From IMG/VR virus record IMGVR_UViG_3300038679_000356: a stretch of DNA of 20,000 bases; one strand, 5' to 3'. Made by a program: the position numbers and the translations under genes. Positions 1 to 9,130 of the stretch are shown here, in pieces; the first letter of the stretch is position 1; each line of letters starts with the position of its first letter. The stretch is from an uncultured virus (IMG/VR IMGVR_UViG_3300038679_000356). Lineage: Duplodnaviria; Heunggongvirae; Uroviricota; Caudoviricetes. The notes below the pieces were generated by a model. That model was not told the origin of the DNA. It searched no databases and saw nothing but the letters and a program-made list of their open reading frames with translations.

Positions 1-849
1 CGGGCATTTTCCGGTCCACCCGTATGCATCAGAATTACATTCGTTGATGGAAAACACCATGCCATCAACCTGATATGGCAGACTTAACCTCACGTTTGTT
101 GCTTTTTCGAGAAACTCAGCAACCTTTCCGGGTGGAACTATGGTGTTTTTTACATATGGAACATGGTTGTTTTTAGCCCATTCTAGCTTTTCCAACTCGG
201 TGTTAAACTTCTTGTCTGCGGGAATAATCTCATAGGCAAGAAATCTCAATCCACGTGAAGCAGTAACATTCGGATCGGAATTCTTAAAACTACCAGCAGC
301 AGCATTGCGGACGTTGGCAAATAATCGCTTCCCTTTTTCCGCCAACTCTACATTAATTCGTTTCAACGTTTCCTTTTCCATGAAGACTTCTCCACGGACC
401 TCCCCAGAATAGCCTGGAATTTCCTTCGGAATGTCAACAATGCTCTTAACGTTGGGTAAAACATCCTTGTTTCCACGTGTCGCAGCAAGAACCAACTTCC
501 CGTTATCGTATTCCAATCTGCAGGATAGCCCGTCCATCTTCGGAGATAGCGCAATCGTCATTGACAATACCTGTGGAAATTTAGTGCGCATTGACGAATA
601 CCAATCTTCTACCGCAGCAGCAGAAAATACTTTGGCAATCGACCCCATTTGCACTTTCGGAGAAGGTAGGTCGCCCTGATCTGCTTCGCCGACTGAGAAA
701 AGGAGAGGATGAGATGGGGACAGCGAAGCCAACTCTTTCTTCAACTCGTCATAATCCGCATCTGAAATCTCTGGATCATCTTCATTGTGATAACGATCAT
801 CATGATAGGCGATAAGAGCTTCAAGTTCATTAATTCTGTCGGCGCTCAT
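1..849 (-). CDS. ligA: NAD-dependent DNA ligase, N-terminal part (runs off the window's left edge; absent from the ORF track)
   Basis: Manual translation from ATG at 849: MSADRINELEALIAYHDDRYHNEDDPEISDADYDEL (domain Ia), SPKMDGLS (KxDG adenylation motif), EVRGEVFM, FANVRNAAAGS, YQVDGMVF. ATGA overlap with the upstream ORF's stop. Confidence 0.96.
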   Translation of the reverse strand, partial: MSADRINELEALIAYHDDRYHNEDDPEISDADYDELKKELASLSPSHPLLFSVGEADQGDLPSPKVQMGSIAKVFSAAAVEDWYSSMRTKFPQVLSMTIALSPKMDGLSCRLEYDNGKLVLAATRGNKDVLPNVKSIVDIPKEIPGYSGEVRGEVFMEKETLKRINVELAEKGKRLFANVRNAAAGSFKNSDPNVTASRGLRFLAYEIIPADKKFNTELEKLEWAKNNHVPYVKNTIVPPGKVAEFLEKATNVRLSLPYQVDGMVFSINECNSDAYGWTGKCP

Positions 850-1166
850 ACGATTGGCATCCTTTTATATGTTTCGTTCCATGAGTTAAATTTTCCGTTC
901 TGGTCCACCTTATCGGACCACTCCCATATGAAATCGAGATTGGCGTCGCACTTCCGAACAATTTCAGCAAATGGCAATGACTGAAATCCTGGAAACTTAT
1001 CCAGCACATCATGAATGTCCATTCCAATGGACGAAACAATCGATCCATTTTGAATTCCGTCCATAATGCTATCCACATCCATAATCACTTCTTCCACGGT
1101 CGATTGACGGGATTCTATGTTCTCCACTTCTCTCTCCAAGCTAAATTGATTTTGATGGTTTCCCAA
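846..1166 (-). CDS. Hypothetical protein (start uncertain: TTG 1166, GTG ~1127 or ATG 1082)
   Basis: Fills the gap between the helicase and ligA; its stop overlaps the ligA start (ATGA); GGAG lies upstream of the GTG at ~1127. Confidence 0.65.
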   Translation of the reverse strand: MGNHQNQFSLEREVENIESRQSTVEEVIMDVDSIMDGIQNGSIVSSIGMDIHDVLDKFPGFQSLPFAEIVRKCDANLDFIWEWSDKVDQNGKFNSWNETYKRMPIV

Positions 1167-2697
1167 CCTTGTACTGTGACCCGTCTTCTGTCATCAAGTA
1201 CAACTCCGCCTTGGGGCGGGTAAGAGCAACATACTCGCAGCATTGCTCCTGAAATTCCTGCCAGGGCTTCTGCCCTTTCCAACGCAATCTAACCTTTCCA
1301 GCGTCAATAAGGAAAACTCGATCAGCTTCAAGACCCTTTGCGCGGTGAATCGATGAAAAAATGATGGATTCTGGCGTTTCTTCAAACATCGATGCAATAA
1401 TCGCCTTCATATTGATGACGTCCAATGGCTTCTTGTTCTCATAGATGCCAATGACCGCGTCGAAGAGATCGCCGATACGTTCCGCAGATTCATCTTCTCC
1501 GTCGTTTAGTAGTTTGTTGATTGCATTCATTTGCGCAATCCGAATGTCCGCATCAAAACTTTTCCATGTATGCCCAGGCGTGGAGGTCACAGAGTCGACA
1601 AGATCAATCAAAGAGTCTTTAAGTTCTGCCCCTCTGATATAAGCGTTTTTCCCATCTGCAATAGCTTTCAAACACTCCACCATTAATGGAGCATTACGAC
1701 GGCAAATAACCATATCTTTAGAGCGTAGCATTTTTGTTATGCTATGAACCTGTAACACAACTCCTTTTGGAGCATTACTCCTTGGCTCGATAGCTGGAAC
1801 AATTTTTCTTGCTAAATCAATGACCGATGACGGGCAACGATAGCAAATCGACAGGGGAAAGTCATTATTGGCAACTGACCCTATGCTTTGAAATGACCAC
1901 GGATCTGCCCCTGTGAAGCCATAGATCGATTGATCCGGATCACCAACTGCCACGAGTCTCCCGGTTTTCTTCAAACTTGCGATGACAATTGCCAATTGCG
2001 CGGCAGATAAATCTTGCGCCTCATCAACCATCACCCATGAATATTGCCTCATGGGAAGTTTTTTGATCGCTGGGTAATAGATCATATCGGTAAAATCAAT
2101 CAATCCTTCCGCAGCGCTCTTGTTACCCTGCTTAATGATATCTGGAATGTACTCGAAAATGATATCCCTGGTTATCGAATCGTACGCCATCGTGTACGTA
2201 GAACACATTTTAACGAATGCCTGATGATCTTCCGGCGGACACATGGTAAAGCGTACCATGTCAATCGTCTTTTTGAGCATCTTTACGATGCTCCCCTTAG
2301 TGTGCTCAAGCCCCTTAGCGTTGGTCTTTGATAAAATTGACGGAGCAACCCGAAAGCAGATATCCAAATACTTTTTGTTTTCTAGCTTTATCTTGCCGCA
2401 AGATGTACGTAATGCATCGTATCCAACGCTATGAATTGTCTTGCACGTGATCCCACCAGACAATCGACATGACAATTCCTCTTCAATGTGCTTATTGAAC
2501 GCGCAAAATAAGGCGGTCCCATTGACTTGAGAAGAAGCGTCAACAATGGTTGATGTTTTACCAGAACCAGCCACTGCCTTAATCCTAGCCCCACCATCTC
2601 CTTTTACCATCCATTCAAAAACAGGAATCTGATATTTTGAAGGGACGTACGACGTCCGAGGCATGGTTGATTCCGTAATAGTGTCAAAAAAATCCAT
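1141..2697 (-). CDS. Superfamily I (UvrD/Rep-like) helicase
   Basis: Motifs AVAGSGKT, VMVDEAQD, VGDPDQSIYGFTGA, CYRCP, SSIHRAKGLEADRV, YVALTR. Start placed at ATG 2697 (MDFFD), just downstream of the stop of the 2723-3067 gene. Confidence 0.93.
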   Translation of the reverse strand: MDFFDTITESTMPRTSYVPSKYQIPVFEWMVKGDGGARIKAVAGSGKTSTIVDASSQVNGTALFCAFNKHIEEELSCRLSGGITCKTIHSVGYDALRTSCGKIKLENKKYLDICFRVAPSILSKTNAKGLEHTKGSIVKMLKKTIDMVRFTMCPPEDHQAFVKMCSTYTMAYDSITRDIIFEYIPDIIKQGNKSAAEGLIDFTDMIYYPAIKKLPMRQYSWVMVDEAQDLSAAQLAIVIASLKKTGRLVAVGDPDQSIYGFTGADPWSFQSIGSVANNDFPLSICYRCPSSVIDLARKIVPAIEPRSNAPKGVVLQVHSITKMLRSKDMVICRRNAPLMVECLKAIADGKNAYIRGAELKDSLIDLVDSVTSTPGHTWKSFDADIRIAQMNAINKLLNDGEDESAERIGDLFDAVIGIYENKKPLDVINMKAIIASMFEETPESIIFSSIHRAKGLEADRVFLIDAGKVRLRWKGQKPWQEFQEQCCEYVALTRPKAELYLMTEDGSQYKVGKPSKSI

Positions 2698-2722
2698 GGT
2701 TTCTCTCTTGGTTCTCGAAAAA

Positions 2723-3067
2723 TTAACGGATGCCGGTGTATTTTTTGGGGCACAATATTTTTTCGACACACCGTTTACATACCGCAATGCGGACGCCAGT
2801 CATGCCAAGTAGACGAACTCCCTCATGACTGATAACTTGTCCTTCAAAAATTAGATATTCCTCCGACTGTAATGGGAGCAATGTGTTGCATTGATCACAC
2901 TTAATTGCTTGCACGGAAGTCTGGTCAACCCAAGATGAAGCTGTAGCTGCATCCTTTGCCCCCGACTTACATTTGCAAGAGCCTCCACAGCCATCAGTCG
3001 CTGTTTTACCGCTCCTACATGCTGTAGTCTCAGAATTTACAGAAACACCACTTTTATCAGTAAGCAT
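2723..3067 (-). CDS. Small Cys-rich hypothetical protein, possible zinc-binding (CDQC...CKRC)
   Basis: RBS GAGG upstream of ATG, promoter-like element at 3094-3121, two CxxC pairs plus a GCGGSCKC stretch. Confidence 0.7.
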   Translation of the reverse strand: MLTDKSGVSVNSETTACRSGKTATDGCGGSCKCKSGAKDAATASSWVDQTSVQAIKCDQCNTLLPLQSEEYLIFEGQVISHEGVRLLGMTGVRIAVCKRCVEKILCPKKYTGIR

Positions 3068-3093
3068 AAAAAAACCTCTCTTTTAGTTAAGAG

Positions 3094-3121
3094 AAAATAC
3101 TATCTAACACAGTTGATTCAA
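3094..3121 (-). promoter_or_regulatory. Sigma70-like promoter TTGAAT-N16-TATTTT
   Basis: Intergenic; same 16-bp spacing as five other sites in the window. Confidence 0.55.
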
Positions 3122-3125
3122 ATCA

Positions 3126-4214
3126 TCAACGAATAATGTTTCTCACGATAGATGTTCCTTCCTCGTACCATGGGATATCCATTCTCTCTGACATGCGAAG
3201 CAAAACATCATCATTGATTCTCGTTGGACGCTTACTGTTCCATTCAAGAATATCATTAAAAGGACGCTCCATATGCATAAAATGAACGAGAAACCCCTTC
3301 TGATGTGACTGAGAGACATACTCCCGACGAGTCCGGCGCTTCAAGTTCAAGGCGTCAAAAACAAATGGTTGTCCACGCTCAAGAGAGTCAAAAAAACGCT
3401 GGCGAACGATTTCCGCAACACGCCCTTCCTGCTGTTGCCATTTAACGCCAAGCTCATTGCGAACCGCATCCGGCTCAATGACTGGGAGGTTTGAATTTTT
3501 TGACCAGGTGCTTTTTCCAGACCCAGGCAACCCACACATAAAATAAACTGGACCTTTCATCGGGTGAGGGTTGAGGGTTCTTCCTCTACGAAGAAACATG
3601 CAGGCACCAACACCATCAACGGCAGGATCAATATATGGTGAGCCCCATATGCCAAGACTAAGGCAACGCTCACGCCATTCCTTTGCCTTCGCATAATGCT
3701 GGGTCTTATCGACGCAAATGCGCCCACCGAGATCGGCGGCATAAAGGAGTCCAAGCAGCCGAGTGTCGCAAGCGATCGATATCGATTTACACACGAGATC
3801 ATCCCCCTTGCGGAATCCCACAGCCATATGATTTGCAATAAGCCTGCAAATGAGTTCTCGGGTATCCACATCGAACTTGAATTCCGGAATGTCAGTTTTG
3901 TACATGAACTCTCTCGCCACAATACTGCCAATGTGCTCATGGGCGTGAGCTGTAATGCGTCCGTCTTCGGACACGGCAGTACACTGCGGCTTTCCGCAAT
4001 CATGTAACAGAGCGGCTGTTTCCACGATCGTTTTCTGCTCGTTAGAAAGATCATCAAACTCTTGCAATTCACGCAACGATTGGACAACCATTTTTGTGTG
4101 AACGAGAACATCCCCTTCAGCATGATATTTTGCGTCTTGCGAACACTTTTTCATTGACGCAAATAATGGGATAGAATCAATCTTATTGAGATTAAAAGGA
4201 ATATAACGGCTCAT
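3126..4214 (-). CDS. HD-domain phosphohydrolase fused to a P-loop (polynucleotide kinase-like) domain
   Basis: HAEGDVLVHT, LLHDCGK, HEHIG, NHM, AADLGGR (HD); MCGLPGSGKST, PDAVR, FDALNL (PNK-type P-loop). RBS AGGAG. Confidence 0.9.
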   Translation of the reverse strand: MSRYIPFNLNKIDSIPLFASMKKCSQDAKYHAEGDVLVHTKMVVQSLRELQEFDDLSNEQKTIVETAALLHDCGKPQCTAVSEDGRITAHAHEHIGSIVAREFMYKTDIPEFKFDVDTRELICRLIANHMAVGFRKGDDLVCKSISIACDTRLLGLLYAADLGGRICVDKTQHYAKAKEWRERCLSLGIWGSPYIDPAVDGVGACMFLRRGRTLNPHPMKGPVYFMCGLPGSGKSTWSKNSNLPVIEPDAVRNELGVKWQQQEGRVAEIVRQRFFDSLERGQPFVFDALNLKRRTRREYVSQSHQKGFLVHFMHMERPFNDILEWNSKRPTRINDDVLLRMSERMDIPWYEEGTSIVRNIIR

Positions 4215-4252
4215 TCATAACTCCTAAAATCGTTTAACGTCTCATCGATCAA

Positions 4253-4756
4253 TCAGGAATCCTTCGTTTTCCCATAATGGCGCGCCACCCACTGACAAAG
4301 ATCGTGATCAATACCGATCATCTCCAAGACAGCCAATCCATTCCCGATCGAAAGCATGGGAAACAGGCGTCCATCAATCGGCATCCGCTGTTCGGCACAT
4401 GTCTTTCTGAGATCACACTCAGCCTGGCAATCCTCATCTCGAATCAAAATAAACATTGTTCCATCCGGACTAATGACAGCATCACCCGGAGACAGTCGCG
4501 CAGAAAGAAAAAGAAGACCAGGCATAGCTGCGTCTTCAATATGAATGGCTTCAAAATAAGACAGATCCCCATGTTCAATCGCCTCGACTCCAGCATTGGA
4601 TGATTGCCCATAGCCAACATCCTGCATTGGCACTCGCAAGTAAGGGTCATATTCCGAGATGGGTGGAGGAGAGGTGATCATCGTATTGCTGTATACCCCC
4701 TTATACTTCACCGCATAGTAGTGAACATCAACGAAAAACGCTTTCTCTTCTGACAT
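4253..4756 (-). CDS. Hypothetical protein
   Basis: Strong RBS AAGGAG and its own promoter at 4783-4810; no motif recognised. Confidence 0.75.
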   Translation of the reverse strand: MSEEKAFFVDVHYYAVKYKGVYSNTMITSPPPISEYDPYLRVPMQDVGYGQSSNAGVEAIEHGDLSYFEAIHIEDAAMPGLLFLSARLSPGDAVISPDGTMFILIRDEDCQAECDLRKTCAEQRMPIDGRLFPMLSIGNGLAVLEMIGIDHDLCQWVARHYGKTKDS

Positions 4757-4782
4757 ATCTTACTCCTTGGTTTCTTAATATA

Positions 4783-4810
4783 ATTATATCCTACTTGCGT
4801 AAGAAGTCAA
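4783..4810 (-). promoter_or_regulatory. Sigma70-like promoter TTGACT-N16-TATAAT
   Basis: Near-consensus hexamers; the -35 overlaps the upstream gene's TGA stop. Confidence 0.75.
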
Positions 4811-5388
4811 GGAGAACTTATGTCATATTTCGAAACAACAGATGAGATCCATTTTTTATGATCAGCAGCAAAGCTGTAAAACTCATGTTGGAGCGAATTC
4901 CACCTTGAAGGAATCAATATACCGCCAGAACCGAAACCATTAACGTTACGATCCTGATCATCAAACAAAAACTTATTCCCCAAAGGTTGTACCAATCCTT
5001 TATTGTAGGAAAATACAATGCGCTTTGTAGAAAGCTCAGGCATAAACTTCTTGATCCAATGCATTTTGCCCGTGGCGCACGCTCCCATGGCATTCGGATT
5101 GCATTCATATGGTAGGGACGTGAGAACATGAATGTTCTCCCACTTTCCGTTCGCCAAAGTCAGTGCAGCATCAATCACTGAGTTCATCCATGGGGTCGGT
5201 GGAATATCACTCCACCATTGACAATTTAAACTTTCAAAAAAGTCAATTGCATCAACGTTGAAAATTGAAATAAAATCGAATGGGACCCCTTTCTTTTCAT
5301 TGAGATCCACACAAGTTTTTTCAGCGATTTGACAACTCAAATCGACTAGAACATCGTCCATGTCAAGAAAAACACTCACTTTGTGCAT
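4807..5388 (-). CDS. HAD-family 5'(3')-deoxyribonucleotidase-like phosphatase
   Basis: N-terminal FLDMDDVLVD (DxD motif I), VLTS (motif II), K...W, LFDD (motif IV), C-terminal WN. Confidence 0.85.
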   Translation of the reverse strand: MHKVSVFLDMDDVLVDLSCQIAEKTCVDLNEKKGVPFDFISIFNVDAIDFFESLNCQWWSDIPPTPWMNSVIDAALTLANGKWENIHVLTSLPYECNPNAMGACATGKMHWIKKFMPELSTKRIVFSYNKGLVQPLGNKFLFDDQDRNVNGFGSGGILIPSRWNSLQHEFYSFAADHKKWISSVVSKYDISSP

Positions 5389-6476
5389 CGTTCTCTCGCT
5401 TTTAAGTGGATGCGATAATATAACTTTTTAATTGACGCCACATCAACATTGTCCGGGAGATCTCTTTTGGGGAACTCTCGTTTTACATCTGCAAGCAATG
5501 AATTGGATAGGTCAGAAACCAACTTATATGTCGGCTTCCCCATTTTTATGTCCATTACTTGTTTCTGCATCTCTCCTTCAAGTCTAACAAGCGGACTGCC
5601 TGTTCGCGCAATATTCAAACAAGAATACAGAAGACGAATACAATGAGACATGTTTTTCGCATCATACTTACGCTCTTCACCATCAACGTCAAACCACCGT
5701 TTGTCGTTCCGGCTATTTCTCCAGTCCCAATAGTTTTTCCAGTCTTCGCACGCTTTTTTGTAGCGCACTTCATCAAAAAGCATGATATATCGGAACTTTG
5801 ATTCTTCATCATCCATAGGAATAGAAGAACATACTGGAGGTCCATCGTCTCGAAAGACTCCTTTTGCTTCATCTCCGTAATAATACAGTCGATAGCAATT
5901 CGGCATATGCTCAACGGCTGCGGCGTTGTACTGTGATATATCTACGCCAGTCTCGTTTAATGGAACTGGACGCCATGGAGTGATAATGCCGTTGCTCATT
6001 ACGTTAGAATAGAGATAGCACATGGAGGCACGAATGGGGCGATCGTGAGGTTGAGGATTGTTTACCCATCGATTCTGTGATGAGGCACGCTTAATCTGTG
6101 ACTCAGCATACCCGCAAAACGAATCCTCAGCCTTTTTCGTTACAAAGAGATCCCGAACAGCAAGAACCTCATCCATTATAGACGAGGTTGACAGTACGTA
6201 TTGGTCTGGAACATACAACAACTCAATGATGTTCGGATTACACGCCGCCAACAACTCAATGAATCTCTTCATTTCGTAGTAAACAACATCATTGGTTCCA
6301 ACATCAACTTGCTTTATTTGATCTGAAAGCAAGCCATTCGTAACAAAGTCGAAATCATTGAGGAAGAATACTCCGCGAACGTCGGTATCACTCGTCGGCG
6401 TGGCAAGTCCGTATAATTTACTTCCAGTAATGCACGAGTATACGACATTGTTTGGAACTTCATCAGATTTAGACAT
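5376..6476 (-). CDS. Pol-beta superfamily nucleotidyltransferase (RlaP/YcgL-like)
   Basis: GSKLYGLATPTSDTDVRG (GS...DxD), NPNIIELL, F.GYA..Q, YDAKNMSHCIRLL. Confidence 0.88.
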   Translation of the reverse strand: MSKSDEVPNNVVYSCITGSKLYGLATPTSDTDVRGVFFLNDFDFVTNGLLSDQIKQVDVGTNDVVYYEMKRFIELLAACNPNIIELLYVPDQYVLSTSSIMDEVLAVRDLFVTKKAEDSFCGYAESQIKRASSQNRWVNNPQPHDRPIRASMCYLYSNVMSNGIITPWRPVPLNETGVDISQYNAAAVEHMPNCYRLYYYGDEAKGVFRDDGPPVCSSIPMDDEESKFRYIMLFDEVRYKKACEDWKNYWDWRNSRNDKRWFDVDGEERKYDAKNMSHCIRLLYSCLNIARTGSPLVRLEGEMQKQVMDIKMGKPTYKLVSDLSNSLLADVKREFPKRDLPDNVDVASIKKLYYRIHLKARERCTK

Positions 6477-6505
6477 GAATAATCTCTCTTTATGCTGCTC
6501 TTGTA

Positions 6506-7426
6506 CTACTCTTTGTTATCTTGCCAAAAATGGGCAAGTCCTTCCTCGCACGTACATGCTGGATACCCACCTAAAATTCGATAGGTATCAAACACCTTTT
6601 CTGTACCACAAAAGCGGCATTTGCATAGCCATTTATACGAGCGTGCTAGATGTTTACTCAGCACAACGAACGATTCGGTTTCACGACCAACAAGGTTCTC
6701 CTCAGAATGGCAATGCTTCTTTCGACACTTTTTGCACATTGTACCGTGTTCGAGAAACACGATATTCATGTTTTTGAGGTTGCCGCAGTTCACGCACTCG
6801 CACTTCCATTCTGCCTGACCATAACGATTTCGTCCAACTTTCTCAACGACAGTCCAAGCGCCAACGCGACGACCAACAATATCCAATGACCGTTCCATCT
6901 TTGGGACGACGTAATCAACTATAGTAGATATATCCGCATCAGGAGGGACGATTACATAATTATCCGACTCTTGAGAGTGATATACATCACCAGAAAACCC
7001 GATACACAACGACCATGAAACCTTGGAGTTCTTGAGAATTTGATTGCACTCACCAACTTTCTTCCAATAATCATCCTTGGCGGGAGAAACACATTGCAAT
7101 TTACTCACAGGGCGTTTAAGCATATACAAGACGCCATCGAACTTGACGTTCTTCGAGACCCATCGGAATGCGCCCTGCGCATCACGAGCTGATCGTATAT
7201 ACGTCCAATCGCCATCAACCTTGCCGGTGCGATCTTCTCTCGAAATGCAGCCACACGACTGCGTCGCTCCTTGGCGCAGTTTGCCGCCGCCAACGTGACG
7301 CATGATCCCGCATTCACACTGGCATAGCCAGGCAATTGCTGTTCGACTTTTGTACTGGGGCTGCCCGACGACAGTCCACTTTCCCACCCTCATCCCGGTC
7401 ATATCAATTGAATGATTAGCTTTCAT
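6506..7426 (-). CDS. Protein built from repeats of the Cys-rich module found N-terminal in phage HNH/AP2 homing-endonuclease-like proteins
   Basis: Repeats DMTGMRVGKWTVV..WLCQCECG..SCGC, DIVGRRVGAWTVV..WKCECVNCG..CKKC, NLVGRETESFVV..WLCKCRFCG..CTC, plus a degenerate copy DRTGKVDGDWTYI..W. Confidence 0.75.
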   Translation of the reverse strand: MKANHSIDMTGMRVGKWTVVGQPQYKSRTAIAWLCQCECGIMRHVGGGKLRQGATQSCGCISREDRTGKVDGDWTYIRSARDAQGAFRWVSKNVKFDGVLYMLKRPVSKLQCVSPAKDDYWKKVGECNQILKNSKVSWSLCIGFSGDVYHSQESDNYVIVPPDADISTIVDYVVPKMERSLDIVGRRVGAWTVVEKVGRNRYGQAEWKCECVNCGNLKNMNIVFLEHGTMCKKCRKKHCHSEENLVGRETESFVVLSKHLARSYKWLCKCRFCGTEKVFDTYRILGGYPACTCEEGLAHFWQDNKE

Positions 7427-7470
7427 ACTTCCTTCTGTTCCTCTGTGTAGTGGGTTCTATAGTTACGGTT

Positions 7471-7498
7471 AATATATACTAAGTTTTTAGAAAATCAA
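7471..7498 (-). promoter_or_regulatory. Sigma70-like promoter TTGATT-N16-TATATT
   Basis: Hexamers and spacing identical to the sites at 9889-9916 and 16794-16821. Confidence 0.7.
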
Positions 7499-8478
7499 GT
7501 TTCTTCTGGAGTACCCCTATTCGCAAATCTTGTACGTATGTCATTATTCATCCCAAGCGAAACAGATCCAGAGCGAAGTATTTCGAGAATTGAACACACA
7601 AACGACAGGTCATCACAGGTCAGTCCATCTGCACCGATTGATTCAAGGCAATCCTTCATGGAACCGACAATTCCGCGATGCACCATCAGTTTACACATAC
7701 CATAGGCGTTCATCAGTTTTCCCATTGTCGATATAGCAGTCATCATAACTAATCTGCGTCGCGCCTTATCTTCAAATATTTTACCGGCTTCATAAAAACT
7801 GGCGTTGACTTCCTCTAACGCAGAAGATGCCAGGGCTATAGATGCATCTTTTTCCTTATGATTTGTCTCGCTTTCTGGAACTTTTGCTGACCACTCATGC
7901 AAATCAATAATTTCATCGGCGTTCATCTTCAATTTGACTGACATGTATTGTTGCACAGAGGCGACTGCGACACGAGCCCCACATTCGCGCATTGACACCA
8001 GGAGAGGTTCAAAATCACCATCGGCGCTAACCAAGATGAAGCAGTCGTATTTCCCACGGTGGAAAATTTCCATGGATTTGACAACGAGTTGAACATCAAC
8101 ATCAGCTTTCCCGTTGCGACGTTCGGTGGTATATACCATATACCCATAGTAACGAAGCATGTTATGAAGATTATGCGTTCTGACGTATGAATCGCGATCT
8201 TCTCCAGGGTTAGAGATGGGGGCGAAGCATATCGGCGTACAATCGTCATTTGGGTTGACGAGATAGTTCTTCAATTCGGAGTAATCACCTCCGATCGGAC
8301 CAATTCGCCCATTATCAGCATGAACACTTTTCATCTGGCAATATAGGTTGGCAAGATCAACGGCAATCAGTGTTCTCCCCCTCGTTTTTATCTTCTCCAC
8401 TTTTTCTACCTCTATTTGAGGTGAAGGGAGTTTTTCTGCTTGATCACGATCTTTTTTAGGGTTTTTTCTTCTTGACAT
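7495..8478 (-). CDS. NYN (LabA/DUF88, PIN-like) domain ribonuclease with a C-terminal extension
   Basis: VDLANL, KADVDVQL, LVSADGDFEPL, GARVAV, ADEIIDL. Start at ATG 8478 (MSRRK); TTGAAT-N18-TATAAT lies upstream. Confidence 0.88.
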   Translation of the reverse strand: MSRRKNPKKDRDQAEKLPSPQIEVEKVEKIKTRGRTLIAVDLANLYCQMKSVHADNGRIGPIGGDYSELKNYLVNPNDDCTPICFAPISNPGEDRDSYVRTHNLHNMLRYYGYMVYTTERRNGKADVDVQLVVKSMEIFHRGKYDCFILVSADGDFEPLLVSMRECGARVAVASVQQYMSVKLKMNADEIIDLHEWSAKVPESETNHKEKDASIALASSALEEVNASFYEAGKIFEDKARRRLVMMTAISTMGKLMNAYGMCKLMVHRGIVGSMKDCLESIGADGLTCDDLSFVCSILEILRSGSVSLGMNNDIRTRFANRGTPEET

Positions 8479-8557
8479 TTTATTTCTCTCTTGTTTCTTT
8501 TTGAAGATATTATAGTCCGCCACACTCTCATCATTCAAAAATACCGTGTATACGCAC

Positions 8558-8596
8558 AAAAACAAGAAGGGCGGATGCTTTTGCAACCGCCCTTCT
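8558..8596 (-). terminator. Intrinsic terminator after hsp20
   Basis: Inverted repeat AGAAGGGCGG...CCGCCCTTCT followed by a T-rich tract on the minus strand. Confidence 0.8.
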
Positions 8597-8615
8597 CACG
8601 GGATAATTGGCTGGA

Positions 8616-8939
8616 TTAAGCAGCCAATACTTTGATCTTTTTGCCCGCCTTTGATTTTACAAGCGGTAAGTTGATCGTCAGAATACCATCAACAACCTTT
8701 GCTGAGATTGCTTCAGCATCAAATTCACTACCGACCCGGAAAACCTTAGAAAAGGCTTTCTTGCGATGCCCTCCAGACGGTTTCACGTCAATGGACAACT
8801 TCCCATCGGCAAGATCAATGGAAACATCATCTGTTTTGGCTCCTGGAACCTGGACTTCGAGATTGTACGCGCCGTCTTCCGACTCGTAAAGCTCGTACCT
8901 TTCCTCGAACACATCCCATAGTGGTTGATTGAACAGCAT
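8616..8939 (-). CDS. Small heat shock protein (Hsp20/alpha-crystallin domain)
   Basis: VQVPG..DDVSI, FSKVF, ISAKVVDGILTINLP, C-terminal IKV motif; RBS AAGGAGGT. Confidence 0.93.
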   Translation of the reverse strand: MLFNQPLWDVFEERYELYESEDGAYNLEVQVPGAKTDDVSIDLADGKLSIDVKPSGGHRKKAFSKVFRVGSEFDAEAISAKVVDGILTINLPLVKSKAGKKIKVLAA

Positions 8940-8986
8940 ATTCGCACCTCCTTATGTTTTGGTGTTGCCGTTACGGGAATGTATAT

Positions 8987-9004
8987 AGCAACGACCATGC
9001 CAAA
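8987..9004 (-). promoter_or_regulatory. Sigma54 (-24/-12) promoter upstream of hsp20
   Basis: Minus strand TTTGGCATGGTCGTTGCT = TGGCA-N6-TTGCT, with exact GG-N10-GC spacing. Confidence 0.7.
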
Positions 9005-9097
9005 CATATAATGAGGCGAAAATGTGTAATTAAGCTCAAAAACAGCGACTTAAAGTCTCTACTAAAGAGTCTTTTTGGCACACTGTTTGGCACAAAC

Positions 9098-9130
9098 AAA
9101 AAACCGCAGAAGAAATCTTCTGCGGTTTTT
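9098..9130 (-). terminator. Intrinsic terminator immediately after the tmRNA
   Basis: Perfect inverted repeat AAAAACCGCAGAAGA / TCTTCTGCGGTTTTT with A/T tails. Confidence 0.85.

Noticed and set aside
2698..2787. N-terminal extension of the helicase given in the ORF track
   Set aside because: It overlaps the upstream gene's 3' end; ATG 2697 is the more parsimonious start.
8479..8586. N-terminal extension of the NYN ORF
   Set aside because: It begins with TTG inside a terminator hairpin and spans a promoter-like sequence; ATG 8478 is preferred.
9074..9094. CIRCE/HrcA operator upstream of hsp20
   Set aside because: TTGGCACAC resembles one half-site, but the second copy is a direct repeat rather than the inverted half 9 bp away.
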